Positions 16,365-32,034 are shown, counted from the stretch's first letter. The stretch is DNA of 64,000 nucleotides from Eledone cirrhosa (GCA_964016885.1 OZ024746.1:82832001-82896000), one strand, 5' to 3'. Made by a program: numbers and translations. Notes: generated by a model not told the origin, from the letters alone.

Positions 16365-16620
16365 ACGAGATTGTGAGTTCGATTCCTGGACCGAGCGATA
16401 TTGTGTCCTTGAGTAAGACACTTTATTTCACGTTGTTCCAGTTCATTCAGCTATAGAAATCAGTCGCTACGTTACCCCTGCCAAACTAACGGCTTTTAGC
16501 TCTGCCTTGGACAACAGCAGTGACTTGAAAAGGGGAGACTGGTATGCATGGGCGATTACTGGTCTTCAACAAAAACACCCTGCCTGGATTTGTGGCTCTC
16601 AAGGCATTTCGAGGCACAAG
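16365..16620 (+). mobile_element. tRNA-derived SINE with conserved core-like body
   Basis: B box GAGTTCGATTCC followed by GTGTCCTTGAGTAAGACACTTTATTTCAC..CCAGTTCATTCAGCT. Confidence 0.6.
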
Positions 16621-16639
16621 CCCGGGCAATATATATATT

Positions 16640-16998
16640 AACCTGTTAGTTCTCTTGTTACTTTGGTATTGTGTGGTTGGGTTTTGCCTACCGCAATGTT
16701 CAATTTGTCAAGCTATTTAAACGTATGTTATTACTCTAGAGGGTCGGACGCCATGCTTTCCAGCATAGTTACGTCCCTTTACGATCTGAGTTCAAATCCC
16801 GCCGAGGTTGACTTTGCCTTTCATCCTTACGGGGTCGATAAAATAAAGTACCAGTAATGCACTGGGTAATTGCTGGCCTTGTGCCTAAAGTAGAAACAGT
16901 TATTACTCTAAGGACCTACCCTTATTGAGTGCTTTGCTAACTCATTCCTATTGTAGGTCGACTTTGCTTGCCCACAGCCAAAGCTTCGATTTTACTAA
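16640..16998. mobile_element. (TA)n-associated ~200-bp element interrupted by a SINE
   Basis: The reverse complement matches the uninterrupted copies at 42765-42965 and 59393-59598. Confidence 0.7.
16739..16898 (+). mobile_element. 5'-truncated tRNA-SINE (dominant family) with 12-bp target-site duplication
   Basis: B box GAGTTCAAATCC, core GCCTTTCATCCTTACGGGGTCGATAAAATAAAGTACCAGT and tail GGCCTTGTGCCTAAAGTAGAAACA. TSD GTTATTACTCTA at 16727-16738 and 16899-16910. Confidence 0.85.
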
Positions 16999-17007
16999 GC
17001 TTCCACT

Positions 17008-17051
<44 letters not shown>

Positions 17052-17337
17052 GTATGTATGTATGAAATTATATTACTTATAAATTGCTAAATTGCTATAA
17101 GTTGCTATTTGTCTCATCTCTTACGCCATGGGACAACGTTTTGGCTTGTGTCAGACGCTGTGACCCCAAGTGGACCAGCAGTACTGTTGGTAGGGGTCAA
17201 GACTGCCAAAGTCTATCTCAACGGTCGATGACACTGGAGTTCTGTGTCTTTCGTTTGTATTTTTAATTTTCCAAAAATAATTATTTAAAAATATTTTTTG
17301 TTTGTTTTGCATTGTCCTTTCTTTGTTAAATTTTCTA

Positions 17338-17453
<116 letters not shown>

Positions 17454-17932
17454 GAATGAAATAAGAGGTCGACTTACAACACACAAGCAACGAAAATTAT
17501 ATCAAATTACTAATAAGGATATAACTAAAGTAGAAAGTTGTACGAATGTAACTACGTTTCGGTGTTTATTTATTTGTTTTAACTACACGTATGTCTTTGT
17601 AGAAGAAGAAGAAGAAGAAGAAGAAGAAGAAGAAGAAGAAGAAGAAGAAGAAGAAGAAGAACCTTTAATATACAACAGTGACGTGTAGTATAAAAATGAT
17701 TGCACACAAACACAAACACACACAATTTTAGCAGTAGAACTGGGACGATGGACAATGCAAAATATATAAATTGCAAGGTTTAGAAGGTATTGAGTACTTC
17801 ATTAAATGTGGTCTTTGTTTTTAACTAACAACATTAAAAGAAAAAATATATATTTTGAAATATAACTACACACAGAGATTATACACGATTATACACGCAC
17901 ACACATACACGCGCTCGCACGCAGACACACAC

Positions 17933-17979
<47 letters not shown>

Positions 17980-17986
17980 TTTACAC

Positions 17987-18020
<34 letters not shown>

Positions 18021-18021
18021 G

Positions 18022-18073
<52 letters not shown>

Positions 18074-18316
18074 TTTACCAATCCATCTATTCATTTATAT
18101 CTTTATTAATCTATTAATATCTATCTATTATAATCTCTCTCTCTGTCCCCCCTCTCTCTCTCTCACTCTCTCTCTCTCTATGTATCTATCATTTTGATAT
18201 ATAGTTTATTTTAATTTATTAATGTTAAAGTTAACACAATTTTTATGTAAAACCCACCGCCGTTACGTCTTGTAATGTCCCATTTCTTGTATGCCCTTGT
18301 GGCAAATAAAAAATGA

Positions 18317-18353
<37 letters not shown>

Positions 18354-18389
18354 GGCAAATAAGGAAACATATCTATATATCTGATTATC

Positions 18390-18572
18390 ATTGGCAGTAT
18401 CGGTAGAGAGTCGGACACCATGCTTTGGCGCATAGAGTTACGGCCCTTGCCATTCTGAATTCAAATCCAGCCGAGGTTAACTTTGCCTTTCATCCTTACG
18501 GGGTCGATAAAATAAAGTACCAGTAATACACTGGAATAATTGCTGGCCTTGTGCCAAAAGTAGAAACAATTA
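18390..18572 (+). mobile_element. tRNA-SINE (dominant family)
   Basis: A box TGGCAGTATCGG, B box GAATTCAAATCC, same core and tail as the other copies. Confidence 0.8.
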
Positions 18573-19081
18573 ATCTCTCTTTCTGATTCCCTTTCTTAAT
18601 TCTCTCCCCTCACTACATTCTAACTCGCTCTACCTCATCCCGTCGCCCTGTCTAACAACATACACCTACTCCAGCACCGACTCAGGTTCATTCACATATT
18701 TACATAGTCTCCCACAACACCACCAACACCTCGTCACATACCTTCCCTACTCTTCTTTCATTGCCCCCACTTTTCGAGCCGACCGGTAGCTTTTAATTCA
18801 ATCATTAAACAGTTGGCCACTTAACGCTGTCACACTGCCGTGCCGTTTCTGGTCCCGCCTTCTTTGAATGGCCATTTTTATTACAACCCCATCCCAACCG
18901 CCATTACTACTGCTGCTGCTGTGGTTACTACAACTACTGCTACTGTTACTACTGCTGCTGCTGTATTTTATATCGTCTGATCACGTAAAGCAATTAGATC
19001 GGAATTCTTACATGCTACTGTGTCTTCTACCTCTATGTAGTTTCCTATGTCCAGCTTATTATTGTTGTTGTTCGTATATAA

Positions 19082-19275
19082 TAATTGTTTCTACTTTTGG
19101 CACAAGGCCAGCAAATACCCCCAGTGCATTACTGGTACTTTATTTTATTGACATCGTAAGGATGAAAGGCGAAGTTAACCTCGGCAGGATTTGAACTCAC
19201 ACCGTAAAGGGACGTAACTCTATGCTGGAAAGCATGGCGCCCGACTCTCCACCGATACTGCCAATCCACTGCCTT
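19082..19275 (-). mobile_element. tRNA-SINE (dominant family), near full length
   Basis: Reverse complement of the same head, core and tail. Confidence 0.8.
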
Positions 19276-19349
19276 GGGTAATTGCTGGCCTTGTGCCTAA
19301 AGTAGAAACAATTGTTATTATCATCGCCCCCCCCCCCCCCTCATCCTCC

Positions 19350-19382
<33 letters not shown>

Positions 19383-19524
19383 CCATCATCATCATAGTCG
19401 TTGTTAGTTATTCAAGACAGCTATATATCATTTGGAAGAAAAGCAGGAACGTCACATGACATCGCTAACTAGTCCTCTGTTAAATCTAAATTAAGCATAA
19501 CCTATGTGTAAAACCATTGTTTAA

Positions 19525-19636
<112 letters not shown>

Positions 19637-19781
19637 GTATGTATATGTATATATTTATTATATTATGGCTAAATAGTGAGTCTTGTTAATCTGGAAGATT
19701 CACTATTTAAGCTATAATAAAATGAATATTTAAACTGTACTTCAGTATTGAGTAGACTTTTCTCTTAGCCGTCAACTACAT

Positions 19782-19849
<68 letters not shown>

Positions 19850-19852
<3 letters not shown>

Positions 19853-19975
19853 TGGATATGAGTGGATTCCTACTGATGATTTCATACGAATGAAACAGTT
19901 CTAGACCTGTAGAAGTCAGTTTAATATAAAATATATAAACATACATAAAAATTATATATATATGTGTGTGTGTAG

Positions 19976-20036
<61 letters not shown>

Positions 20037-20155
20037 TATGAGTGGATTCCTACTGATGATTTCATACGAATGAAACAGTTCTAGACCTGTAGAAGTCAGT
20101 TTAATATAAAATATATAAACATACATAAAAATTATATATATATGTGTGTGTGTAG

Positions 20156-20200
<45 letters not shown>
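19850..20200 (+). repeat. Tandem duplication, 180-bp unit x2, each unit with a hammerhead core
   Basis: Lines starting at 19861 and 20041 are identical. CTGATGA..GAAA CAG..CTG TA at 19873-19911 and 20053-20091; stem I is disrupted. Confidence 0.8.
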
Positions 20201-20205
<5 letters not shown>

Positions 20206-20567
20206 CTACACACATATATATATATAATATATATATATATGTGTGTGTGTGTTTATATATGTGAGTGTGTATAAATATATATATGTATATGTATATATAT
20301 ATGCGTGTGTATGTGTCCATGTGTGTGTGTACAAGCATATATACATATAAATATATATGATTATTTAATCATTAATATAATGAATGTGTCTCAATGAGGT
20401 TAATTCGCATACACACACGGGCATCTTGTTATGTAAGTTGTTATTGTTGTTGTTATTGTTGTCGTTATTCTCATTGTTGTTGTTGCTAGTCACAGCGTTC
20501 TTGTGGTGGTTGGTAGCATTATATGATCATTTTAATATTTTTAATACCATTCAATAGATTAACAGTG

Positions 20568-20697
20568 TTACTACTACTACGACTACGACTACTACTACTA
20601 CTACTACGACTACTACTACGACTACTACTACGACTACGACTACTACTACTACTACTACTACTACTACGACTACGACTACTACTACTACTACTACTAT

Positions 20698-20739
<42 letters not shown>

Positions 20740-20772
20740 GACTACTACTACTACTACTACTACTACTACCAT

Positions 20773-20833
<61 letters not shown>
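20568..20833. repeat. (TAC)n/(GAC) trinucleotide microsatellite
   Basis: Direct reading; source of the spurious poly-S/L/V ORFs. Confidence 0.95.
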
Positions 20834-20834
<1 letters not shown>

Positions 20835-21051
20835 ACAAAAATAATGGTTTCTGATTGAGGCACAAGGCTAACAATTCTGGGTGAGGGGAAAATCTATTAA
20901 ATCGACCCCAGTGCGTAACTGGTACTTCATTTTATTGACCCCGAATTATAATAACACTGAGTTTTCAAAGAATTGTTTTTTTTTAGTTAAGATAACACAC
21001 TCACAGATAGACACACACATGCACATGCACACACACACATGCATGCACAAT

Positions 21052-21089
<38 letters not shown>

Positions 21090-21094
21090 CACAT

Positions 21095-21137
<43 letters not shown>

Positions 21138-21249
21138 CACATAAACACACACACACACACACACACACATAAACGCACATAAACACACACACACACACGC
21201 ACATGCATGCACAATCAAACACACACACACACATAAACGCACATAAACA

Positions 21250-21284
<35 letters not shown>

Positions 21285-21379
21285 CATATATAGAAAGGTA
21301 GGGAGATAATTAGTGAAAGAGAGAATCACTCGCCTGCTACTAACCATACGAACACACATACAATCGTATATATCATAAT

Positions 21380-21451
<72 letters not shown>

Positions 21452-21661
21452 TGGGGGGAGAAAGATAGATAGATAGATAGATAGAGAGAGAGATAGAGAG
21501 ATAGATAAATAGATAGAGAGATAGAGAGATAGAGAGATAGAGAGAGAGAGATGGGGGAGAGAGAGACTGACAGATACAGGCGCACACACAGAAAAGCTAG
21601 GTTAAATTAACAATTTCAACTTCAACAGGAACAAACACCCAAAACCTGCTGCTGCTGCTGT

Positions 21662-21718
<57 letters not shown>

Positions 21719-21729
21719 CACTACTACTG

Positions 21730-21789
<60 letters not shown>

Positions 21790-22081
21790 TAATTTAAAAT
21801 TCTTGTTCAAGACAACGAATGAATTCGATTTGTTGGAAACAGCAGCTAAATTCCTCTCAAATTTCAGGAAACACATTGGTTAATATGGTACTTTCTAAAT
21901 ACTTCATGTTGGATTAAAAGACGTGAAGGGTGCGGTTGAAATGCTTTGGTTGATATCTTAAGTTTGCTTGATCGGGGAGGACCTTGGGCTCTAAGTAACA
22001 TCAACAACTTACCACTTATAAATCTGGGTGCTGCCATTAAGCAGTCATCCAGATAGCTGCTTCTCTTCATCTTATATAATA

Positions 22082-22900
22082 ATAATTGTTTCTACTTTAG
22101 GTACAAGGCTTGTAATTACTCCAGTGCATTACTGGTACTTTATTTTATCGACCCCGTAAGGATGAAAGGCAAAGTTAACTTCGGCGGGATTTGAACTCAG
22201 ACCGTAAATGGGACGTAACACTATGCTGCAAAGCATGGTGTCCGACCCTCTACCGATACTGCCAATTCACCGCCCTAATAATTGTTTCTACTTTTGGCAC
22301 AAGGCCAGCAATTACTCCAGTACATTACTGGTACTTTATTTTATCGACCCCCGTAAGGATGAAAGGCAAAGTTAACCTCGGCGGGATTTGAACTCAGAAT
22401 GGCAAGGCGATTATCCCATTGCATTACTGGTACTTTAGGATAATTGCTGGCCTTAAGTCGGTTTCTGATATAGGCACAAGACCAACAATTTAAGGGGAGG
22501 GGAAAGTCGATAAAATAAAGCATAAGTGCATTACTTGTGCTTTATTTTATCGACCCCCATAAGGATGAAAGGTAAAGCTAACCTCAGCTGGATTTGAACT
22601 CAGACCGTAAAGGGCCGTAACTATGCTGCAAAGCATGTTGTCAGAAGCTCTACTGATACTGCCAATCGATCACCCTCTAATAGTTTCTGATTTAGGCACA
22701 AAGCCATCAATTCATTATATTTTTTTGGGGGGGGGGGGGTGTCGTCGATTAATCGACCCCAGTGCATTACTGATACTTTATTTTATCGACCCCGTAAGGA
22801 TGAAAGGCAAAGCTAACCTCGGCTGGATTTGATCTCACAAGGTAAAGGGCCGTAACTCTATGTTGCAAAGCATTTTGTCCAACACTCTACCGATACTGAA
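22082..22900 (-). mobile_element. Cluster of about 4 head-to-tail tRNA-SINE copies and fragments
   Basis: TTTATTTTATCGACCCC(G/A)TAAGGATGAAAGG recurs at ~22140, 22336, 22541 and 22777. Confidence 0.8.
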
Positions 22901-22911
22901 AATAATGATGA

Positions 22912-23195
22912 CGATTTCTTTATTGGCCACTGGGACCGAACATTGAGGGAAATACAATTAATAAGGACAGGAGGGGTTTACATAAAGTGAATAATCAGAA
23001 AAGAACAGGTAAAAAAATTAACTATAAATAAATAATAGAATTACTCTGTCGGAGGGAGCACCACCTACGAGTAATTAAGGAACCCTTGAAATCGGATACC
23101 ACTCTCTTCCACCCTTTCCATCTAACAGGTGCATGCTTAAAGTAGACCCGTTCACTCGGGCCGTTCTCGCTACATTTATCCATCTTTTAACAAAT
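22912..23195 (-). mobile_element. L1/Tx1-like LINE 3' end fragment
   Basis: The minus strand reads FVKRWINVARTARVNGSTLSMHL, then a 3' UTR ending in AATAAAGAAAT. Confidence 0.45.
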
Positions 23196-23322
23196 AGACA
23201 AGGTTGGTAATTTGAGGGCAGGGTAACAGTCAGTTAAATTGAATTAAGTACTTTATTTTATCGACCATGAAGGGATGAAAGGCAAATTTGAACTCACCAG
23301 GATTTGAACTTATAGCGTAAAG

Positions 23323-24708
23323 TGGAGGTTCTGAAACTTTTGGGGCCAACCTTCTCCTTACGGCGACTTAATACCCTCAGTGCTCCAAACCCTGTTTCCA
23401 AAGAGACCTGCTTACACGCAAGTTGTAAATAATACATAATTAAGAAAATTGTTAATTTATATATAATAAATATTATAATATATATTATCTATAAATAAAT
23501 ATATATTTTTTTATTTTACTACATATATATTACACGCAAGTTGTAAATAATATATAATTAATAAAATCTTAATTTATATATAATAAATATTATAATATAT
23601 ATTATCTATAAATAAATATATATTTTTCTATTTTACTACATATATATTACACGCAAGTTGTAAATAATATATAATTAATAAAATCTTAATTTATATATAA
23701 TAAATATTATAATATATATTATCTATAAATAAATATATATTTTTTATTTTACTACATATATATATTACACGCAAGTTGTAAATAATATATAATTAATAAA
23801 ATCTTAATTTATATATAATAAATATTATAATATATATTATGTATAAATAAATATATATTTTTCTATTTTACTACATATATATTACACGCAAGTTGTAAAT
23901 AATATATAATTAATAAAATCTTAATTTATATATAATAAATATTATAATATATATTATCTATAAATAAATATATATTTTTCTATTTTACTACATATATATT
24001 ACACGCAAGTTGTAAATAATATATAATTAATAAAATCTTAATTTATATATAATAAATATTATAATATATATTATCTATAAATAAATATATATTTTTTATT
24101 TTACTACATATATATATTACACGCAAGTTGTAAATAATATATAATTAATAAAATCTTAATTTATATATAATAAATATTATAATATATATTATGTATAAAT
24201 AAATATATATTTTTCTATTTTACTACATATATATTACACGCAAGTTGTAAATAATATATAATTAATAAAATCTTAATTTATATATAATAAATATTATAAT
24301 ATATATTATCTATAAATAAATATATATTTTTCTATTTTACTACATATATATTACACGCAAGTTGTAAATAATATATAATTAATAAAATCTTAATTTATAT
24401 ATAATAAATATTATAATATATATTATCTATAAATAAATATATATTTTTTATTTTACTACATATATATATTACACGCAAGTTGTAAATAATATATAATTAA
24501 TAAAATCTTAATTTATATATAATAAATATTATAATATATATTATCTATAAATAAATATATATTTTTTATTTTACTACATATATATAATAAATATCATTTG
24601 ATAATTAACATAATATTATATCATCTCTACTGCCTCCAGCACACCTTGGACCATCCCCCCCCCCCCCCGGGTGGTGGTGGTGGTGGTGGTGGTGGTGGTG
24701 GTGGTGGT

Positions 24709-24741
<33 letters not shown>

Positions 24742-24764
24742 AGCACCCACTTTGAGAACCTTTG
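23323..24764. mobile_element. hAT (Charlie-like) MITE inserted in a SINE and expanded by an internal minisatellite
   Basis: Ends TGGAGGTTCTGAAAC / CACTTTGAGAACCTTTG. 8-bp TSD GCGTAAAG (23315-23322) / GTGTAAAG (24765-24772). SINE sequence continues on both sides. Confidence 0.7.
23414..24585. repeat. AT-rich minisatellite, ~117-119 bp x10
   Basis: ACACGCAAGTTGTAAATAATA recurs 10 times at ~118-bp spacing. Confidence 0.95.
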
Positions 24765-25104
24765 GTGTAAAGAGTCCTAAACAAATACTGCAAGGTATTC
24801 GGTCTGAAACGATTCTGCCAAATAATATTAATTGGTGAGGATGAGTAAAGCCTTTTAAAAGGAATGGAATTATTGGAAATTGTCAATGATGTAATTATTG
24901 TAATGGCTGTTGTTATGAGAAAGTAAACACCAGAGAAGCAACACACACACACACACACACAAACACATACATATACACATATATGCAACACACAAACACA
25001 CACATACACGCACCACACATACAGACAACATAGACACACGCATATAAACACACACACACACACACGCACACAACGCACCACACAAACACAACATACAAAC
25101 ACAA

Positions 25105-25137
<33 letters not shown>

Positions 25138-25154
25138 AGGAGTGCTAGAGAAAG

Positions 25155-25186
<32 letters not shown>

Positions 25187-25720
25187 GGGGAAGAGAGAGA
25201 GAGAAGGGGGAAGATAGAGAGAAGGGGGGGGGGGAGAACATTGGAGATACTTAATCGTTCACTAATCAACATAAGAAAAAACAAACATACACTCCCACAT
25301 ATAAAACAAGAAATACAAGAAAATAAACAAACGAAAAATAACCCCCCTCCGCCTAATAACAGTACAGGAGGAGGAGGAGGAATAGACGGAAGAGGGGGTG
25401 GAGGAGGTGAAAGGGATAAAGAAGAGGGAGGAGAAGGAAGGGGAGACGATATAAACAAATTGACTCTGCATCATAGGTAGGTGTTAATAGACAGGAAGTA
25501 GAATAATGTGAAAGGAAAGGAAAGAAATAGTGGGAGCGAACATAAGTGGAAGCAAAGCAGGCGGAGGAAGAGAGTGAGGAAGAGGAGGAGTAGGAGGAGG
25601 AGGAGAGGGAGAAGTTAGAGGAGGAGGAGGAGGAGGAGGAGAAGAAGGAAGTAAAAAGCGATTATGCATTTATAATATCCGTTTGTTTTCTTAGAGTAGA
25701 GAGAGAGAGAGAAGGAGAGT

Positions 25721-25762
<42 letters not shown>

Positions 25763-25921
25763 GCGTGAGAATGAGAGAAAGAGAGGGAGAGAGAGAGAAA
25801 GTGGTGGTGAGAGAGGGGTAGTTGTTTCCTCCTCATTTGTGAATGATATTCTGTGAAAGCAAGTCATCTATGATGAGAGGTTAATAAGGATTTAGTTGAT
25901 TGAGGTGATTGTGTTTTTTCG

Positions 25922-25956
25922 TCAGTCTCATTTAATTGTTGTATATTTTTAAGTTC
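25922..25956 (+). promoter_or_regulatory. Possible Inr (TCAGTC) with a DPE-like motif upstream of the Mnx-like exon
   Basis: TCAGTC at 25922-25927 and AGTTC at 25952-25956, downstream of long GA/GGA tracts and ~1.15 kb upstream of the ATG. Short motifs only. Confidence 0.25.
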
Positions 25957-26769
25957 ACCTGTCGGACGTATATATTGTGGGAGAAAAGAAAGAGAGAAAG
26001 AAAAACAGAGAAAGGATTATATTCATTATATTGTTTATGTTTAAACTTTAATATATTTTTTCATTGGAATTCTCTAACAATATATATATATTATATATCA
26101 TATATTATATATATTATATATAAATTTATTATACATTTGGAATTTTAAATTGATGTTTACTACCATCACGATTTTATCTATTATATTTTATTAATATTAT
26201 TATTTATTATTATTATTAATAATATCATTATTTATTATTAATAATATCATTATCATTATTTCAATATCATTACTATTTATATTATTGTTATAATATTTTA
26301 TTATTGTTTTATTGTTGTTGTTGTATCCTTATCATTGATAATATCAATAACATTAGTGAGAACATGTGTGTATGTGTGTTTATGTTATTGGTTTCCTTTC
26401 TTTAAATTATTATTATTTTTTTTTTAATATTTGAACATTACTCTTTTACCTGATCAAGCCATCCGGCTGAGGCCATGCTGGGGCACCGCCCTTACATGAA
26501 CATTTAAAAAAAAAACATACAACTTGATTAATGATATAAATCATTGATATATAATATACAATATTGACAATATTTTCTTTTGAATTATTTTTTTTATTTA
26601 TAGAGTATTTACAGTTTATATTTGTGTGTATATATATTTATATATATCTACATAATATACATACATACACACACACATATATATATTAATATATATATAA
26701 TATATATTTATTTATTTATATTACATATTTATATTATATTTATATATTTATACATACATGCACACACAC

Positions 26770-26806
<37 letters not shown>

Positions 26807-27076
26807 CCATATGAATGGGTGTATATGAATGGACATAAAAAATTATATACACATTTGTACGCGTAGTTGGTAGTTTTAGCATATACTTGTGAGTCTATGG
26901 GTGTGTTTGTTGTGCACGTGTGTGTCTGGGTGAGTGGGTGTGTATAAAAATTACCTATAATATGATTATATTATATCATATTATATTATATATGTATTTA
27001 TATATATTCATGTTTTTTTGCGTGTGTATATCGTCTTCATAACAAACCCAATTGGATTTCACACCTAATTTCAAAC

Positions 27077-27744
27077 ATGGAGTCGGCTAAATCATTTAGT
27101 ATAGATGCACTGTTGGCTAAAGAGCCACAATCGAAAATCTCACTGTATTCAGCTGGGGGTAAAATGTTAAACAATATGAACAACGGACATAACCACCACC
27201 TCCACAACAGCAACAGTTATAATGGTGGAAACAACAACAGCAGCAATAACAACAATAATATCAACAATAATAACAGCAGCAACAATAACAACAACAGTAT
27301 TCACAATCATAACAGTATTTTACTAAAGAGCAACATCAATAATGCAGGTAGCATATCGAGAGGAAGTTCACCGCGACCTCCCTCAACGGACTCAAGTGCG
27401 AGCCGGTTGTCCCCGGCCGTAAGTCCCGACACAAGTGTGTCACCCCCAATAACAATGAGTTTTGTCCCCAAACCAGGATTGTTAAATTTGCAGCATGCGG
27501 CAGGTGTATTTCAAACACACCTGCCTCTAACTGGACTGTTCCACGGTGGTCAGCAACTATTGGCAGCCGCTTATAATGGACATTCGGCTGCTGGTCACCC
27601 CGGTCTACCCTTTTTGCCCGGAAGTGCATTTCACAGCCCTACAGAGCAAGCTTTTAAGCTTGCACAAATGCAAGGGGTTTCATACGACTGGCTTTCCCGG
27701 AATGGAATATGGAATGTTTATGCCGCGATTGGTCGACTATACAG
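27077..27744 (+). CDS. Mnx: First coding exon of an Mnx/Hb9 (exex)-like homeobox transcription factor; apparent frameshift near its 3' end
   Basis: MESAKSFSIDALLAKE parallels vertebrate MNX1 MEKSKNFRIDALLA (eh1 motif). Asn/Ser/Pro-rich linker. YDWLSRNG is followed, in the shifted frame, by GMFMPRLVDYT, similar to MNX1 GMILPKMPDF just before intron 1. Donor CAG|GTAAGA at 27744/27745. No homeodomain exon is seen in the window. Confidence 0.75.
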
Positions 27745-27752
27745 GTAAGACA

Positions 27753-27905
<153 letters not shown>

Positions 27906-28059
27906 GTATGTCTGTATATTTATTTAAATGCATATGTTCGTATATACTTGTTTTATGCATCAAACAAATGCAATAGTTTGTGTAAGTACACATGTAAATC
28001 TATGGAAAGGTATACATCGGTTGGTTGACAATTCAAATAATAATATATGTGGGACTACA

Positions 28060-29714
<1,655 letters not shown>

Positions 29715-29962
29715 TCAAATCATGTATTTGTTAAATATATATATAAATTTTATCACCTGGGCTAATATACCGATAAAATCTATTATAATCTATTAAATAT
29801 ATCATGTATATTACGTATACCATGCTCATTCCCCTATATATATGTATGCATGAAAAAATATATACATACATATATCATATACATACATATATATATATTT
29901 GTATATGTATATATTTGATAAATATTTATCCCTATACATACATATATATATATATATATATA

Positions 29963-30448
29963 AATGGAATAGAATGAAACGAAATTTCATTTCTCACTCT
30001 TAGTACGGCACTTACTTAAATGCAAGTATGTATGTATGTATACGTACATACATATATGTATACAGATGTACAGTAGTATGTATATATATATATATACATA
30101 CATGCACACATATATATATATGCACGTATCGGTCCACCGAACATTTATTATAATGATCGGTTTGTTTGTTTGTAAACAAACAAACAGCCCGAATTACGCC
30201 GTACAGTGTTTAGGCAACCACGTCACAGGTGTCAGTGTTGAACAAAAAGGTGACGTGGTTGCCTAAACACTGTACGGCGTAATTCGGGCTGTTTGTTTGT
30301 TTACAAACAAACAAACCGAGCATTATAATAAATGTTCGGTGGACTGATACTTGCATATATATATGTGTGCATGTATGTATATATATACATACTACTGTAC
30401 GTCTGTATACATATATGTATGTACGTATACATACATACATACTTGCAT
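29963..30448. mobile_element. Fold-back element: ~200-bp inverted arms with a 23-bp spacer
   Basis: 30020-30226 is nearly the exact reverse complement of 30250-30448. The unpaired left extension 29963-30020 has a relative at 58945-59010. Confidence 0.8.
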
Positions 30449-30463
30449 ATATCTATCTATCTA

Positions 30464-30617
<154 letters not shown>

Positions 30618-31073
30618 GTATTTAAGACGGCGTATTTTGTGATATTTGAGGTAAGTAAAGAATTAACAGGTACCATGGTTTGACAAAGGTTTCTATGTTG
30701 ATGATGAGCGGAAAGGACCCAATGACCCAAATACGGAAGAGAAATGGTGGATAAACATTTATATGGATTTCATATGGATTTCATTATATAATGGTATATA
30801 ATGGTTCTTTGAAAAGATCATACAAAACACGTATAAGAGAGCAACACAGAAAGAGGTGCACACAACCATACTGAAAAACTAAACACATACATATATAAAT
30901 TTGCATAAGTAAGTATATATGTAAATGAGTAGAGACACGTGCGTTGCAATGGAGTTGTGTCAGTGATTTGGTTCCAGTGGTGTGACGAAAGGTTTCACAC
31001 TCCCGAAATAAGAGGCGTGTATTTGCACGCGCACACACACACATATATATGTATATATATGTAAATAAATATG

Positions 31074-31150
<77 letters not shown>

Positions 31151-31252
31151 ATATAATATATTATATTATGTATACTCCAGTCCTACAAACTGTAGAGTGC
31201 TTCTTATCCGATATTTGCATTGCTTTATTGTACTACAATAAAACTCACCTCC

Positions 31253-31290
<38 letters not shown>

Positions 31291-31387
31291 CATATATATT
31301 TACATATATATATATATATATTTACACACACACACACACATGTATATATATGTGTAGGTATACATACATACATACATACATACATAC

Positions 31388-31995
31388 ATGGTGGCTGCCA
31401 ACTCGTTTTCGAGTACGGCCACTACTTTATATCCATGTAGAAGAACTCCTACCGATGCGCTGAACGAGTGTAGCTTTTTAGTCCAGCCAGCGACTTGACA
31501 ACTCTGGTACAAACACTACACTTGTGACAATTATTGACACATAGTGCTGGGCCCATGGTACCATGTGACGACAAGTGCAGAGAGATCTCCAGATATAAAG
31601 CAATGCCTGTGCCGTGAAGCTTTTATAGTGAGCAAAGGCACTGCACAAAGCCAGTCCCACTCTCTTAACCAAGATGATATTTACCAAAAAGAAGACCAAG
31701 TCAACATCATTGGATACCATCAGGGTTGCAGGTGTTATATCAGAGTTTTCCTTCTCCTAGAATTCTGCCTTGACAAAGGCTAAGGGGTCATCTCTCCCGG
31801 TGATTTTGGATGGCCATTGACTCTTAAGAGCTCCTTTGCCCTTTGACAGGTTTTGTTTTTAGTCCTGCAGGATGTCCAAAGTCACCCTCCTCACCAAGAA
31901 ACCTTGGTGGGGTTGCCAGTTTAGTCGCCAACGACCCGACCATGAGACAGGTTGTACTGGGATACATGTTACCAGTAGCACCAACTGGTGACCTG
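31388..31995 (-). mobile_element. RTE-related non-autonomous element/SINE with (CATA)n flanks
   Basis: 31388-31800 is near-identical to 61849-62262. Its terminal motif also occurs at 4458-4500 and 62773-62818. Confidence 0.65.
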
Positions 31996-32034
31996 ACATA
32001 CATACATACATACATACATACATACATACATACA

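Noticed and set aside
23414-24585. CRISPR-like periodicity (also 34847-35105)
   Set aside because: Units are near-identical with no unique spacers and no cas genes, in a eukaryotic context.
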